Source of the DNA: an uncultured Acidobacteriota bacterium
GTDB taxonomy: Bacteria > Acidobacteriota > Terriglobia > Bryobacterales > Bryobacteraceae
Length of the DNA stretch: 64,000 nt
Direction of reading: 5' to 3'
Assembly: GCA_963832965.1 (NCBI GenBank)
Contig: CAWHVW010000002.1
Location: 623,073-687,072 of the forward strand
Shown: piece by piece, positions 47,273 to 55,096 of the stretch
Numbering within the stretch: the first letter of the stretch is position 1
Layout of the letters: every line of letters starts with the position of its first letter
Position numbers and translations under genes: made by a program
Notes under the pieces: generated by a model
Database searches by the model: none
Told to the model about the DNA's origin: nothing
What the model saw: the letters and a program-made list of their open reading frames with translations, nothing else

Positions 47273-47815
47273 TTACGGAGAGGGAATGATCGCCGCGGGA
47301 GTCGGAGTCGAATAACCGCTCTCATTTCCGTTGACATCCACCGACGTCGCTACGTAATAGTAAGTCTGTCCCGCCGCGACCGTGGTGTCGGCCCAGCTGG
47401 CTCCTGCAATCAGTGCGGAGTTCATTTTCGTATACGGTCCCGTGGAAGCTGCTCCCCGGTAGATGTTGTATCCAACGACGCTCGACGTGCTGGATACCCA
47501 GTTCAGCGTGACCTTGTGGCCATTGTAAATGGAACACGGCTGGCCCAGTGACGCATTCACCACGCGCTGAACCGTTATGACGGTACACGTGAGCGCTCCT
47601 TCCACGTTGGCGGTGCATGGAGTGGTGCCAAGAGCCATATTCGTCGCCAGGGTCACGTCCGTGGCGTTGACTACCCCGTCCTGGTTCAGATCGCATGCGC
47701 TGAACTGCGCCCAGGCTGGCCCGGAGGCACACAACAGGACGGCCAGCGCGACTCCGTGGAATCCGCGGGTCTCGCGCTTTCTCGCTGCAAGGCGGATATG
47801 GCGAATGAACTCCAT
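47273..47815 (-). CDS. Secreted protein with one dockerin-type Ca-binding repeat followed by a fibronectin type III domain
   Basis: ORF 47273..47905, start taken at MEFIRH (AGGAGG 8 nt upstream). Signal peptide ..VALAVLLCASGPAWA. DLNQDGVVNATDVTLATNMAL (47657..47692 codes D-x-N-x-D-G-x-x-N-x-x-D). Fn3 region VTLNWVSSTSSVVGYNIYRG...AGQTYYYVATSVDVNGNESGYS. Confidence 0.65.
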   Translation of the reverse strand: MEFIRHIRLAARKRETRGFHGVALAVLLCASGPAWAQFSACDLNQDGVVNATDVTLATNMALGTTPCTANVEGALTCTVITVQRVVNASLGQPCSIYNGHKVTLNWVSSTSSVVGYNIYRGAASTGPYTKMNSALIAGASWADTTVAAGQTYYYVATSVDVNGNESGYSTPTPAAIIPSP

Positions 47816-47855
47816 TGGTGACACCTCCTGGAATTTCGGATTCAGAGCTGTAACC

Positions 47856-47871
47856 CAGCAATTCTCTTGCC
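47856..47871 (-). promoter_or_regulatory. Candidate sigma-54 (-24/-12) promoter for the dockerin-Fn3 gene
   Basis: Minus strand reads CGGCAA-gagaa-TTGCT. GG and GC have the canonical 10-nt separation. It lies about 40 nt upstream of the ATG at 47815. Confidence 0.45.
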
Positions 47872-48008
47872 GACCTTCAATGCTTCTCACAGCATAGTAC
47901 CTCATTCACGTCATCGGCAAGCGGGCCAGGCCTCTTTAGCAACCAGGTGGAAAGGTCCAGGCGAGTAAGGTTGATCCGCGCATATCCCACTTGGCTTCTT
48001 TGGCTTAC

Positions 48009-48064
48009 GCTGCCGGCATGATCGCCAGCCTGATGTCCAATTGCGGCCCGCATATGCCGGCAGC
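48009..48064. promoter_or_regulatory. Pair of identical palindromes (TGCCGGCA) forming an 11-bp perfect inverted repeat. Candidate enhancer-binding-protein site or hairpin
   Basis: GCTGCCGGCAT (48009..48019) and ATGCCGGCAGC (48054..48064) are exact reverse complements. Palindrome centres are 44 bp apart and lie between the two divergent sigma-54-type promoters. Confidence 0.4.
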
Positions 48065-48284
48065 AGGCCGCTATGAGGGCGGAAGTCGCGCGGTCAGCTC
48101 GCGGGCTCTTTCCTCAACCAGCCGGGAAGCCCGAGGAATCCGGCACACTGCACAATCTCTTCGAAGGTCGCTGTTGTAAGCTGTTGATATAAAAACCATT
48201 ACCGATCAAGAACAGGTCGGTGCCATGATCGTTTCGAGCAAAGCCGGAGTCGGCAATGTCTCGAAATCCAGTCCGTCAGAGACT

Positions 48285-48300
48285 TGGCATGAGGGTTGCT
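48285..48300 (+). promoter_or_regulatory. Sigma-54 (-24/-12) promoter for the PilZ gene
   Basis: TGGCAT-gaggg-TTGCT (preceded by T) against consensus TGGCAC-N5-TTGCW, with exact spacing. It lies 120 nt upstream of ATG 48421. Confidence 0.65.
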
Positions 48301-48420
48301 CCCGGTTCGATCTTCCAGGAGCCAAAGTACGCTCAAGTTGTGTAAAAATTACCGTCTGTCGCAGTTCTTACAATGGCAAGCACCGTGCTGCGTTGACTTT
48401 GTGATCCAGGGGACTTTCAT

Positions 48421-48810
48421 ATGTTTATGCCAATGGTGGTGACCGGCGACGAGCCGGATCGTCGTCGGCGTCCGCGGTTGAGGTTGGCGTATCAGGTCCG
48501 GCTCTATCAACTTGGCGAGGAAGTGGTGCGCGTAGAGACGAAGACGGAGGACCTCAGTTGTGAGGGCTTCTTTTGTATCTCCGAACGCGGCTTCACTCCG
48601 CACGAGACCATCGAGTGCGAACTCGTAATCCCCAGCGACAAGCCAGGCCAGCCCGCTGAGCACGACATGGTCCTGCGCTGTCGCGCCGAGGTCGTCCGCG
48701 TCGTGCCGCAAGGCCGTGGGACTACCTTCGGAGTAGCCTGCAGGTTCGCCGACTACACGGTCTTCCGGCAGATCGCCGTCAAAGGCCTGATGGTGGAATG
48801 CTCCATCTGA
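48421..48810 (+). CDS. Single-domain PilZ (c-di-GMP receptor) protein
   Basis: 129 aa. RRRRPR (RxxxR) and DLSCEG (D-x-S-x-x-G) motifs at canonical spacing. Confidence 0.7.
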   Translation: MFMPMVVTGDEPDRRRRPRLRLAYQVRLYQLGEEVVRVETKTEDLSCEGFFCISERGFTPHETIECELVIPSDKPGQPAEHDMVLRCRAEVVRVVPQGRGTTFGVACRFADYTVFRQIAVKGLMVECSI

Positions 48811-48870
48811 CCCGGCGTCGCGGGTGCGTTGGATCTGGAGCGCTTAACAGGCTGATGAAAAAGCCCGCGT

Positions 48871-48922
48871 AGCTACGTGTTTGCAGGTGGTTACCGAACC
48901 GCGACGGTGACGGAGCGGGGAC
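48871..48922 (+). repeat. Copy 3 of the dispersed intergenic repeat (52-nt block)
   Basis: AGCTACGTGTTTGCAGGTGGTTACCGAACCGCGACGGTGACGGAGCGGGGAC. Preceded by a degenerate copy of the CGGGCT/AGCCCG hairpin module (48849..48867). Confidence 0.85.
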
Positions 48923-48934
48923 TTAAGCATCCTG

Positions 48935-49540
48935 TCAAGCGCTCTCAAGTTGCAAAGGCGCCAAAATCGGCTTGCTGGAACCTTCCATGGCCCCTTCCGG
49001 TACTCTCCTGAATTCCGTGCGGGGCGCGCTCACAGGCCGTACCCAGGTGCGATCGACCTCCGCGCAAACAGATCGCTGCAGCAGGTGAATCGACACCACC
49101 AGCCGGAACGTCTTCTTGATTTCCTGAACAATTCCCTCCACGCCCGCCAGTGGCCCGCGCTCGATAAGCACCGTCTGTCCCGTTCCCAGGAATGGCCACG
49201 GCGCTACCAGCAGACCCGACCCGATCATCCTGCGAACCGCGTCGATCTCATAGTCCGGTACCGCCGACGGCCCCTTCCCGAAGCCGACCAGACCCACCGC
49301 GCCCGGAATCGTCAGGACCGGCAAGCGGTCCTCCGGGTTCAGCCGGCAGAAAATGTAACCAGGAAACAGGGGCAGGTCGATTTGCTTCTTGCGGTCAGAC
49401 CATTGGCGCTCGGTCCGGTACGTGGGCGAGAACTCTTCGCAGCCGCGGTCGCGCAGGTGGACGCCCGCAATCCGTTCGTAGTTGGAACGTACTCGTAAGG
49501 CAAACCACGGAAATGTGGCGCTCACTCCCGGCTGACCCAT
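48935..49540 (-). CDS. NusG-paralogue (RfaH/UpxY-like) transcription antiterminator, intact
   Basis: ORF 48935..49636. WFALRVRSNYERIAGVHLRDRGCEEFSPTY...DLPLFPGYIFCRLNPEDRLPVLTIPGAVGLVGFG, then a KOW-like GQTVLIERGPLAGVEGIVQEI. Start taken at MGQPG. Confidence 0.75.
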   Translation of the reverse strand: MGQPGVSATFPWFALRVRSNYERIAGVHLRDRGCEEFSPTYRTERQWSDRKKQIDLPLFPGYIFCRLNPEDRLPVLTIPGAVGLVGFGKGPSAVPDYEIDAVRRMIGSGLLVAPWPFLGTGQTVLIERGPLAGVEGIVQEIKKTFRLVVSIHLLQRSVCAEVDRTWVRPVSAPRTEFRRVPEGAMEGSSKPILAPLQLESA

Positions 49541-49747
49541 CCGGGTCTGGGAAATCACACTCACGGTTCCCCTCCGCACAGGCAAATCACTCTCCAGTCC
49601 AGCATCACTAATCCGTTGTCGGTTGTCAATGGACACTCCGGTCTATGCGCGTTTCCTTTACGGTCTATTAACAACGGCAAGGGCGTGGTATTCGACTGCC
49701 CCCTCTCACCCGCCGGTCGCCGTCCAGATTCCTCGAAGACGAAGCAG

Positions 49748-51187
49748 TTACGCCGAGAGCGAATCCCGGTTATCCCGTTCCTCGATGGACAGCTTCTTCA
49801 TCTTGTACAGGAACGCCTTGTAATCAATCTTCAACAGCGCCGCGGCCTGCTTTCGGTTCCATCGCGTACACCGCAGCGCCTCCAGAATCGCCCCTGCCTC
49901 GGCCTCTTCCTTCGCCCGTGACGCGTCCTCCAGAACCGAGCTCGGAGCGGCTTTCTTTCGAGGCGGTCCGGCGTTTATTTCCGGTTCGGGACCTGATGCA
50001 TCGCTCTTGTTCAGGCGACCCATCAGCATGTCCAATTCGTTGATAACGAGGTTCGGGTCGCGCAGGACGATAAGCTTTCTGACGATGTTCTCCAACTGGC
50101 GGATATTTCCCGGCCACGAAAATGTCAGAAATGCGTTCTTTAGCGCCGGCGTCATTACCACTCGCGGTACGTCCGGCGAGCTATGCTGCGCGATGAGAAA
50201 CTCCGCGAGGTCCAGGATGTCTTCCTTTCGCTCGCGCAGGGAAGGCATCGTAAGCGTGAAGATGTTTATCCGATAGTACAGGTCCTCGCGGAACGTGCGG
50301 TCGCGGATGGCCTCCAGAAGGTCCCGATGAGTCGCCGCGATCACCCGTATTTGTACACGGATGACGTCCGTTCCACCCACCCGCCGAAATTCCTGGTCCT
50401 GAAGAACCTGCAGAAGCTTCGCCTGAAGCCGGATGTCCATGTCCCCGATCTCGTCGAGCAGGATCGTTCCGCCGTCCGCCAGCTCGAAGACCCCGGGCTT
50501 TTTCTGGAAGGCACCGGTGAACGCTCCCCGCTCGTAGCCGAACAACTCGCTTTCGATCAGTTCGGACGGGACAGCCGCGCAGTTCAATTTTACGAACGGT
50601 CTGGCGGCGCGGCGCGACAACCGGTGCAAATGGCGCGCAAGAACCTCCTTGCCGGCGCCGGTCTCTCCTTGGATCAGAACCGGGACATCGCTGGCCGCCA
50701 CCTTCGGCAGACAGGACTTCAAAACACTCATTACCGGGTTCTTGCCCCAAAAAATCCCTTGCCCCAGCTCTGCAAACGACTCCTGCGCCGCCTCCGCCTG
50801 ATCCTGCCTGGGATCGAGAGCCCGGTCCACCGCCCGGCACAGGTCCTCGTGATCCACCGGCTTCGCCAGAAAATCGGTCGCGCCGCTCTTGATTGCCTGG
50901 ACCACGTTCAGAGGCGAAGACATCCCCGACAGCATGATCACCGGCAAGTCGGAATTGATCTCCCGTATGTCGCGCAATGTCTCCCACCCATCCTTGTTGG
51001 GCATCATGATGTCGAGTACAACCGCGGACGCAAAGCCACCTGAACGCAAATAGGTTATGGCTTCCTCCCCGTCAGCCGCCAGGTACACGTCATAGCCCCG
51101 GCAACGGAGGGTAACCTCCAGATAATCCCTGACTTCCGCGTCGTCCTCACCGACGAGGATAGTTCTCCGTCTTACTTCAGAATTCAA
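49748..51187 (-). CDS. Sigma-54-dependent response regulator (NtrC family: REC - AAA+ - Fis-type HTH)
   Basis: 479 aa. REC ILVGEDDAEV...VVLDIMMPNKDG. AAA+ GETGAGKEVLARHLH, ESELFGYERGAFTGA (GAFTGA), RVIAATHRDL. HTH NRKQAAALLKIDYKAFLYKMKKL. Confidence 0.9.
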   Translation of the reverse strand: MNSEVRRRTILVGEDDAEVRDYLEVTLRCRGYDVYLAADGEEAITYLRSGGFASAVVLDIMMPNKDGWETLRDIREINSDLPVIMLSGMSSPLNVVQAIKSGATDFLAKPVDHEDLCRAVDRALDPRQDQAEAAQESFAELGQGIFWGKNPVMSVLKSCLPKVAASDVPVLIQGETGAGKEVLARHLHRLSRRAARPFVKLNCAAVPSELIESELFGYERGAFTGAFQKKPGVFELADGGTILLDEIGDMDIRLQAKLLQVLQDQEFRRVGGTDVIRVQIRVIAATHRDLLEAIRDRTFREDLYYRINIFTLTMPSLRERKEDILDLAEFLIAQHSSPDVPRVVMTPALKNAFLTFSWPGNIRQLENIVRKLIVLRDPNLVINELDMLMGRLNKSDASGPEPEINAGPPRKKAAPSSVLEDASRAKEEAEAGAILEALRCTRWNRKQAAALLKIDYKAFLYKMKKLSIEERDNRDSLSA

Positions 51188-51214
51188 AAGACAATCTCCG
51201 ATTTTGGTTTAACT

Positions 51215-52489
51215 CTACGGCGATGCGGAACTCGGAACATTCCCCGGAGACTCCGTTCGCCGGAACGGGAGCACGAATGAGAACATCGCTCCGTTCTCGT
51301 GGGAATCGGCCCAGATATGCCCTTCATGCCGGCTCATGATGTGCCGGCAGATGGCCAGGCCCAGACCGCCGCCCGACCGGTCGTGCGGCCCGGAGTACGA
51401 GGTGTACTCTTCAAAAATAAGGTTCAGTCGATCGGCGGGAACGCCAGGGCCCGTGTCCTTTATATCGATTCGGTAGGAGTTGGGCGAGGAAACGCGGTTT
51501 ACACGCCGCTCCCCCGGCGCGCTGCCCCCCGACAGGAAGCGGCGCTCCCAGAAGTAGGGGTATCCCAGCACCTCGATAGCTCCTCCCCGATGGGTGAACT
51601 TGCACGAGTTGTCTAATAGGTTTAACAAAACCTGCTCGATCTGAGACGCCTCAAAGCAGAGCGGATGGGCCGGAGGAACGACGTTCTCCGCACGGATCGT
51701 GATGCGTTTTTCCCGGGCCAGCGGAAGAACTTCGTGAACCGCCTGCTTGATCCGCTCGCAAATGTCCCCTTCGCAGAGGTTCGGCCGGGGATTCACCCGC
51801 GCTCCGATACTCAGATCGAACATGGCGGAAGCCATGCGCGAAATGCGCTTGCTGCTGTGCTGCATGCGCTGCAGAGCTTCCTTTTGCTGATCGTTCAGGG
51901 GACCCAGTTCGCCGCCGGCGAGGAGGCCGCAAAATCCCGATAGAGCCGTCAGGGGCGCTCGAAAATCGTGCACCGCGCGCGCAATGAAGTTGGTGCGCTG
52001 TTGGTCGTACTCCTGAAGTCGCAGGTTGGCGTGCAGCAGCCGCTGCAGAAGTTCGTCGCGGCTTGCGCGCAACGTGCCTACGTCCGGCGAAGCAGCGTCG
52101 TCGGTGTAGGGAACCACCGAAGTGAGAAACGCCTGAAGAACCGCCCGGGTGACCGGCTTCAGTAGAACATTGCCTTCCGCCGCGGGCGCGCTCCGAAGTA
52201 AGGATTCCACCTGCGCCGGGGGAACCAGATACAGGATCCGGCTGTACCCGAATTCACAGCCTGCCGGTATGGGCCCCGCGGATTCGTAATCCCACAAACA
52301 AACTTCCGTGCTCGGAGGCTCGTCCGTGCCCCCGCGAATCTCCAGATCGCACGGTGCATCGCCTAACTCGCGCAGGACTTCACGGCAGAGTGCCACCAGA
52401 CTAAGATCGGCGGAGACCACGGAAAGCGTGACCCCGGACCCGATCAATATCACATAGTTCCCCGTCGCAACCTGTTGCGAACTGGCCAT
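51215..52489 (-). CDS. Soluble histidine kinase (HisKA + HATPase_c) with an unassigned N-terminal domain
   Basis: 424 aa. H-box VHDFRAPLTALSG, N-box LLDNSCKFT, G-boxes DTGPGV and GGLGLAI. No TM segment seen. Confidence 0.85.
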   Translation of the reverse strand: MASSQQVATGNYVILIGSGVTLSVVSADLSLVALCREVLRELGDAPCDLEIRGGTDEPPSTEVCLWDYESAGPIPAGCEFGYSRILYLVPPAQVESLLRSAPAAEGNVLLKPVTRAVLQAFLTSVVPYTDDAASPDVGTLRASRDELLQRLLHANLRLQEYDQQRTNFIARAVHDFRAPLTALSGFCGLLAGGELGPLNDQQKEALQRMQHSSKRISRMASAMFDLSIGARVNPRPNLCEGDICERIKQAVHEVLPLAREKRITIRAENVVPPAHPLCFEASQIEQVLLNLLDNSCKFTHRGGAIEVLGYPYFWERRFLSGGSAPGERRVNRVSSPNSYRIDIKDTGPGVPADRLNLIFEEYTSYSGPHDRSGGGLGLAICRHIMSRHEGHIWADSHENGAMFSFVLPFRRTESPGNVPSSASP

Positions 52490-53216
52490 ATCGTATCAAC
52501 GTCACACCGGAGTCTCAATCACCGATTGAACACATATCGCTCGCCCTCTCGACTGGGCCAGCCCGGCGTCCGTTTCCCCCCGTCAAAAGCTTCCAAGTCT
52601 GTTTCGCCCACCCCCACCCCGGCGCTATTTCGATCATAACGTTAGAGTTCGCTCGAGACTCCCCGGCGACTCCCAGGCATAGGGTCGAAAAAAATACCTT
52701 GTTGTCACAAAGATCGGCAACACGTCCCTTTTTCTTTAAGGGCACAGGTCAGCATAGACTCTCAGTTACCTGACTGTCAATGAATAGAATGCAATAGTTT
52801 TGTACCCAGACCCAAAGAATAGTACTAGTACAGTTGTCCTTTTTCAGGAGCGATTTTACACGCTCGAGTGCCACCTCGGGGTAGCCCCGCCGGCTATTGC
52901 CTTTGAAGCCGTGGCCCCCGGCGTCGTGCCGCATCTCCGGCGCAACTCCATTGAACTCTTCAGATAAGACTTCTCATTCACGCGGGCCTCGGCCATCGTC
53001 CGGGCCGTGCCTGGCCCGCCCGTCATACCCCGGCGGAATGCTCCGCATTGAACCGAAAAAGTTTGCACTGCTGACCAAACCGGCACCGAAGCAGTCCTCT
53101 TCCGCCCGCCCCTTCAACGTCCCGGTCCTGGGACTCGTTACCCCCGCCTTCCTACTGACGCGCTCATAGTCGCCCCACAGAATTGGGATCGAATGATCGG
53201 TTCCCAGGAATCTGTG

Positions 53217-53888
53217 ATGCGACTATGCATTTGCTTTCTGACCGGGTTGGCTTTGTGCATACCAGCGTGCGCAAGTCCTATCGATTCGTCGAGTTTTTCC
53301 AGTAGCGCAACGCTCATCAACTTCGACGACCTCACCGGAGGAGATTGCAATCTATGCGGTCCTTCCGTGACCGACCAGTATGCCGCTCTCGGCGTCGAGT
53401 TCAACGACCCGAGCTTCCCCGGGGATGACACCGCGGATACCAATCTAACTCCCCTCATACCCGGCGCCTCCCTTCCGAATGCGTTGTACGTCTACCAGGG
53501 CGGACTAATTGGCCAGGCTCCCGCCGCGCCGTTTCAGATTCTGTTTTCGGTTCCCGTCACCATGGCCGGCTTCGTCTACGGCATCAGCGACGATTCGTTC
53601 CTCGAAGTGGATGTCTACGGACCCGGCAACACGCTGATCGAAAGTCTGGACTTCGTGGGAAATACGGCGCCGGGCCTCGGCCTGGCGGGATTCGCGGGCG
53701 TCCAGGAATCCACCGACATCACCAGTCTGGAGGTCTCGTCCCACCCCGATTCCGACCCGTGCCGGACTTTCAGCTTCGACGTTGACAACGTACAGTTCGA
53801 GGCGAGTCCCGTGCCGGAACCATCCACGCTTCTGCTCATCGCCACGGGCCTCATTGGCCTCGCTCTGGGACGCCGCCGGCCGCGCTAA
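53217..53888 (+). CDS. PEP-CTERM sorting-signal protein
   Basis: ORF 53193..53888. Signal peptide MRLCICFLTGLALCIPACA. C-terminus VPEPSTLLLIATGLIGLALGRRRPR (PEP motif, TM helix, basic tail). Confidence 0.85.
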   Translation: MRLCICFLTGLALCIPACASPIDSSSFSSSATLINFDDLTGGDCNLCGPSVTDQYAALGVEFNDPSFPGDDTADTNLTPLIPGASLPNALYVYQGGLIGQAPAAPFQILFSVPVTMAGFVYGISDDSFLEVDVYGPGNTLIESLDFVGNTAPGLGLAGFAGVQESTDITSLEVSSHPDSDPCRTFSFDVDNVQFEASPVPEPSTLLLIATGLIGLALGRRRPR

Positions 53889-54035
53889 TAAGCATTCCAA
53901 AGGAAATCCCACTCCATCGAACCACCAGGACCGGCGGAACCGCCAGCGAAGGTGGCATAATCAGTACAGTTACTGGGAACCCTCCCATCGATCTGGAACG
54001 AATGTGCGACGAGGCGGCTTCGACGTCGGCTACGT

Positions 54036-55073
54036 GTGATGTACGACAAATTCTTTGCACTGGCGAAGGTGCCGTTTTCGTTGGTTCCGGACCCGGATTG
54101 CGTCCACCTGACGGTTCAGCACGCCGACGTGATCAGTGGTTTGACCTTCGGAGTTCTCGAGCGCAAAGGGTACGTGGTCCTTACAGGCGAAGCCGGTCTC
54201 GGTAAGACCACAGCGCTAAGAGCACTGTCTCAGCTCCTGACCGAATCCAACGTCCAGTCGAGTATCATCTCCACGCCAACGCTCAGCTCCCCGGAGTTTC
54301 TCGAGCTGGCGCTTCTCAACTTCGGGTTCAAGGATATCCCCGCCAGCAAGGCCTTGCGTCTGAAGTTGCTGGAAGAGTTCGTGGTTCGTTCCGATGCCGA
54401 AGGACGAATCGTCGCACTGATCGTTGATGAGGCCCACCAGTTAGGTCCGGAGCTGCTTGAGGAGATCCGCCTGCTCGGCAACTTCGAGAGCAATGATCGC
54501 AAGCTCCTGCAAATCGTCCTGGCGGGTCAGAACGAGCTCAACAGCCGGCTGAATCTCCCGGAGCTGTGGCAGTTGAAGCAACGAATCACCATCTGGCTTT
54601 CGCTTCGGCGCCTGGATCGCGAAGCGGTCGAGGAATACATCCGGTTCCGCTGGGCCATAGCCGGCGGCGAAGATACCATCCCCTTCAGCGGCGCCGCGCT
54701 CGATGGGATAGCCAGTTGGTCGAATGGCATACCGCGGCTTATCAATACCGTCTGCGACAATGCTTTGCTGATCGCCTTGTCGAGGCGAACCCGCGCGGTG
54801 GACGTTGAAATGGTTCGTGAAGCCTGCGAAGGCCTCTCCCTGCCTACGCCCGTAATTGCCGCAAGTTCGCCCTCTTTTGCCGGGGCCAGGCCACTGCTGC
54901 GCCCTGGAGAACAAATCTCGTCGGAGCCATCCACCCAGGCGGATCCCGGGACACCGCCCAACGGCTGGGCTGCTTCCAGACCTTCGCTGATCAAGCGCTG
55001 GCTGCGGCTCGCCGATTCACAGCGCCAGCCTGCCCGGGCCACGTCCAACATACTCTTACTAAGAGACCCGTAA
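54036..55073 (+). CDS. ExeA-like AAA ATPase (PEP-CTERM-locus putative secretion ATPase type)
   Basis: 345 aa. FFALAKVPFSLVPDPDCVHL...VVLTGEAGLGKTTALRAL (Walker A), ALIVDEAHQL (Walker B). Confidence 0.75.
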   Translation: MMYDKFFALAKVPFSLVPDPDCVHLTVQHADVISGLTFGVLERKGYVVLTGEAGLGKTTALRALSQLLTESNVQSSIISTPTLSSPEFLELALLNFGFKDIPASKALRLKLLEEFVVRSDAEGRIVALIVDEAHQLGPELLEEIRLLGNFESNDRKLLQIVLAGQNELNSRLNLPELWQLKQRITIWLSLRRLDREAVEEYIRFRWAIAGGEDTIPFSGAALDGIASWSNGIPRLINTVCDNALLIALSRRTRAVDVEMVREACEGLSLPTPVIAASSPSFAGARPLLRPGEQISSEPSTQADPGTPPNGWAASRPSLIKRWLRLADSQRQPARATSNILLLRDP

Positions 55074-55096
55074 CCCTGATGGAAGGGACTTGCGCG

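Noticed and set aside
47991-48179. 62-aa ORF (TTG start) in the PilZ/dockerin intergenic region.
   Set aside because: No RBS, no recognisable motif, and Ala/Ser/Arg-rich composition. It overlaps the palindrome pair, which is better explained as a regulatory site.
48326-48335. 10-mer AGTACGCTCA shared between the PilZ leader and 56985..56994.
   Set aside because: A single shared 10-mer among about 5 kb of intergenic sequence is within chance expectation. It has no symmetry and no third copy.
52741-52755. GGCACaggtcaGCAt, a sigma-54-like element in the kinase/PEP-CTERM intergenic region.
   Set aside because: The GG-to-GC separation is 9 nt and there is no TTGC. I found no correctly spaced -24/-12 element upstream of the PEP-CTERM gene.
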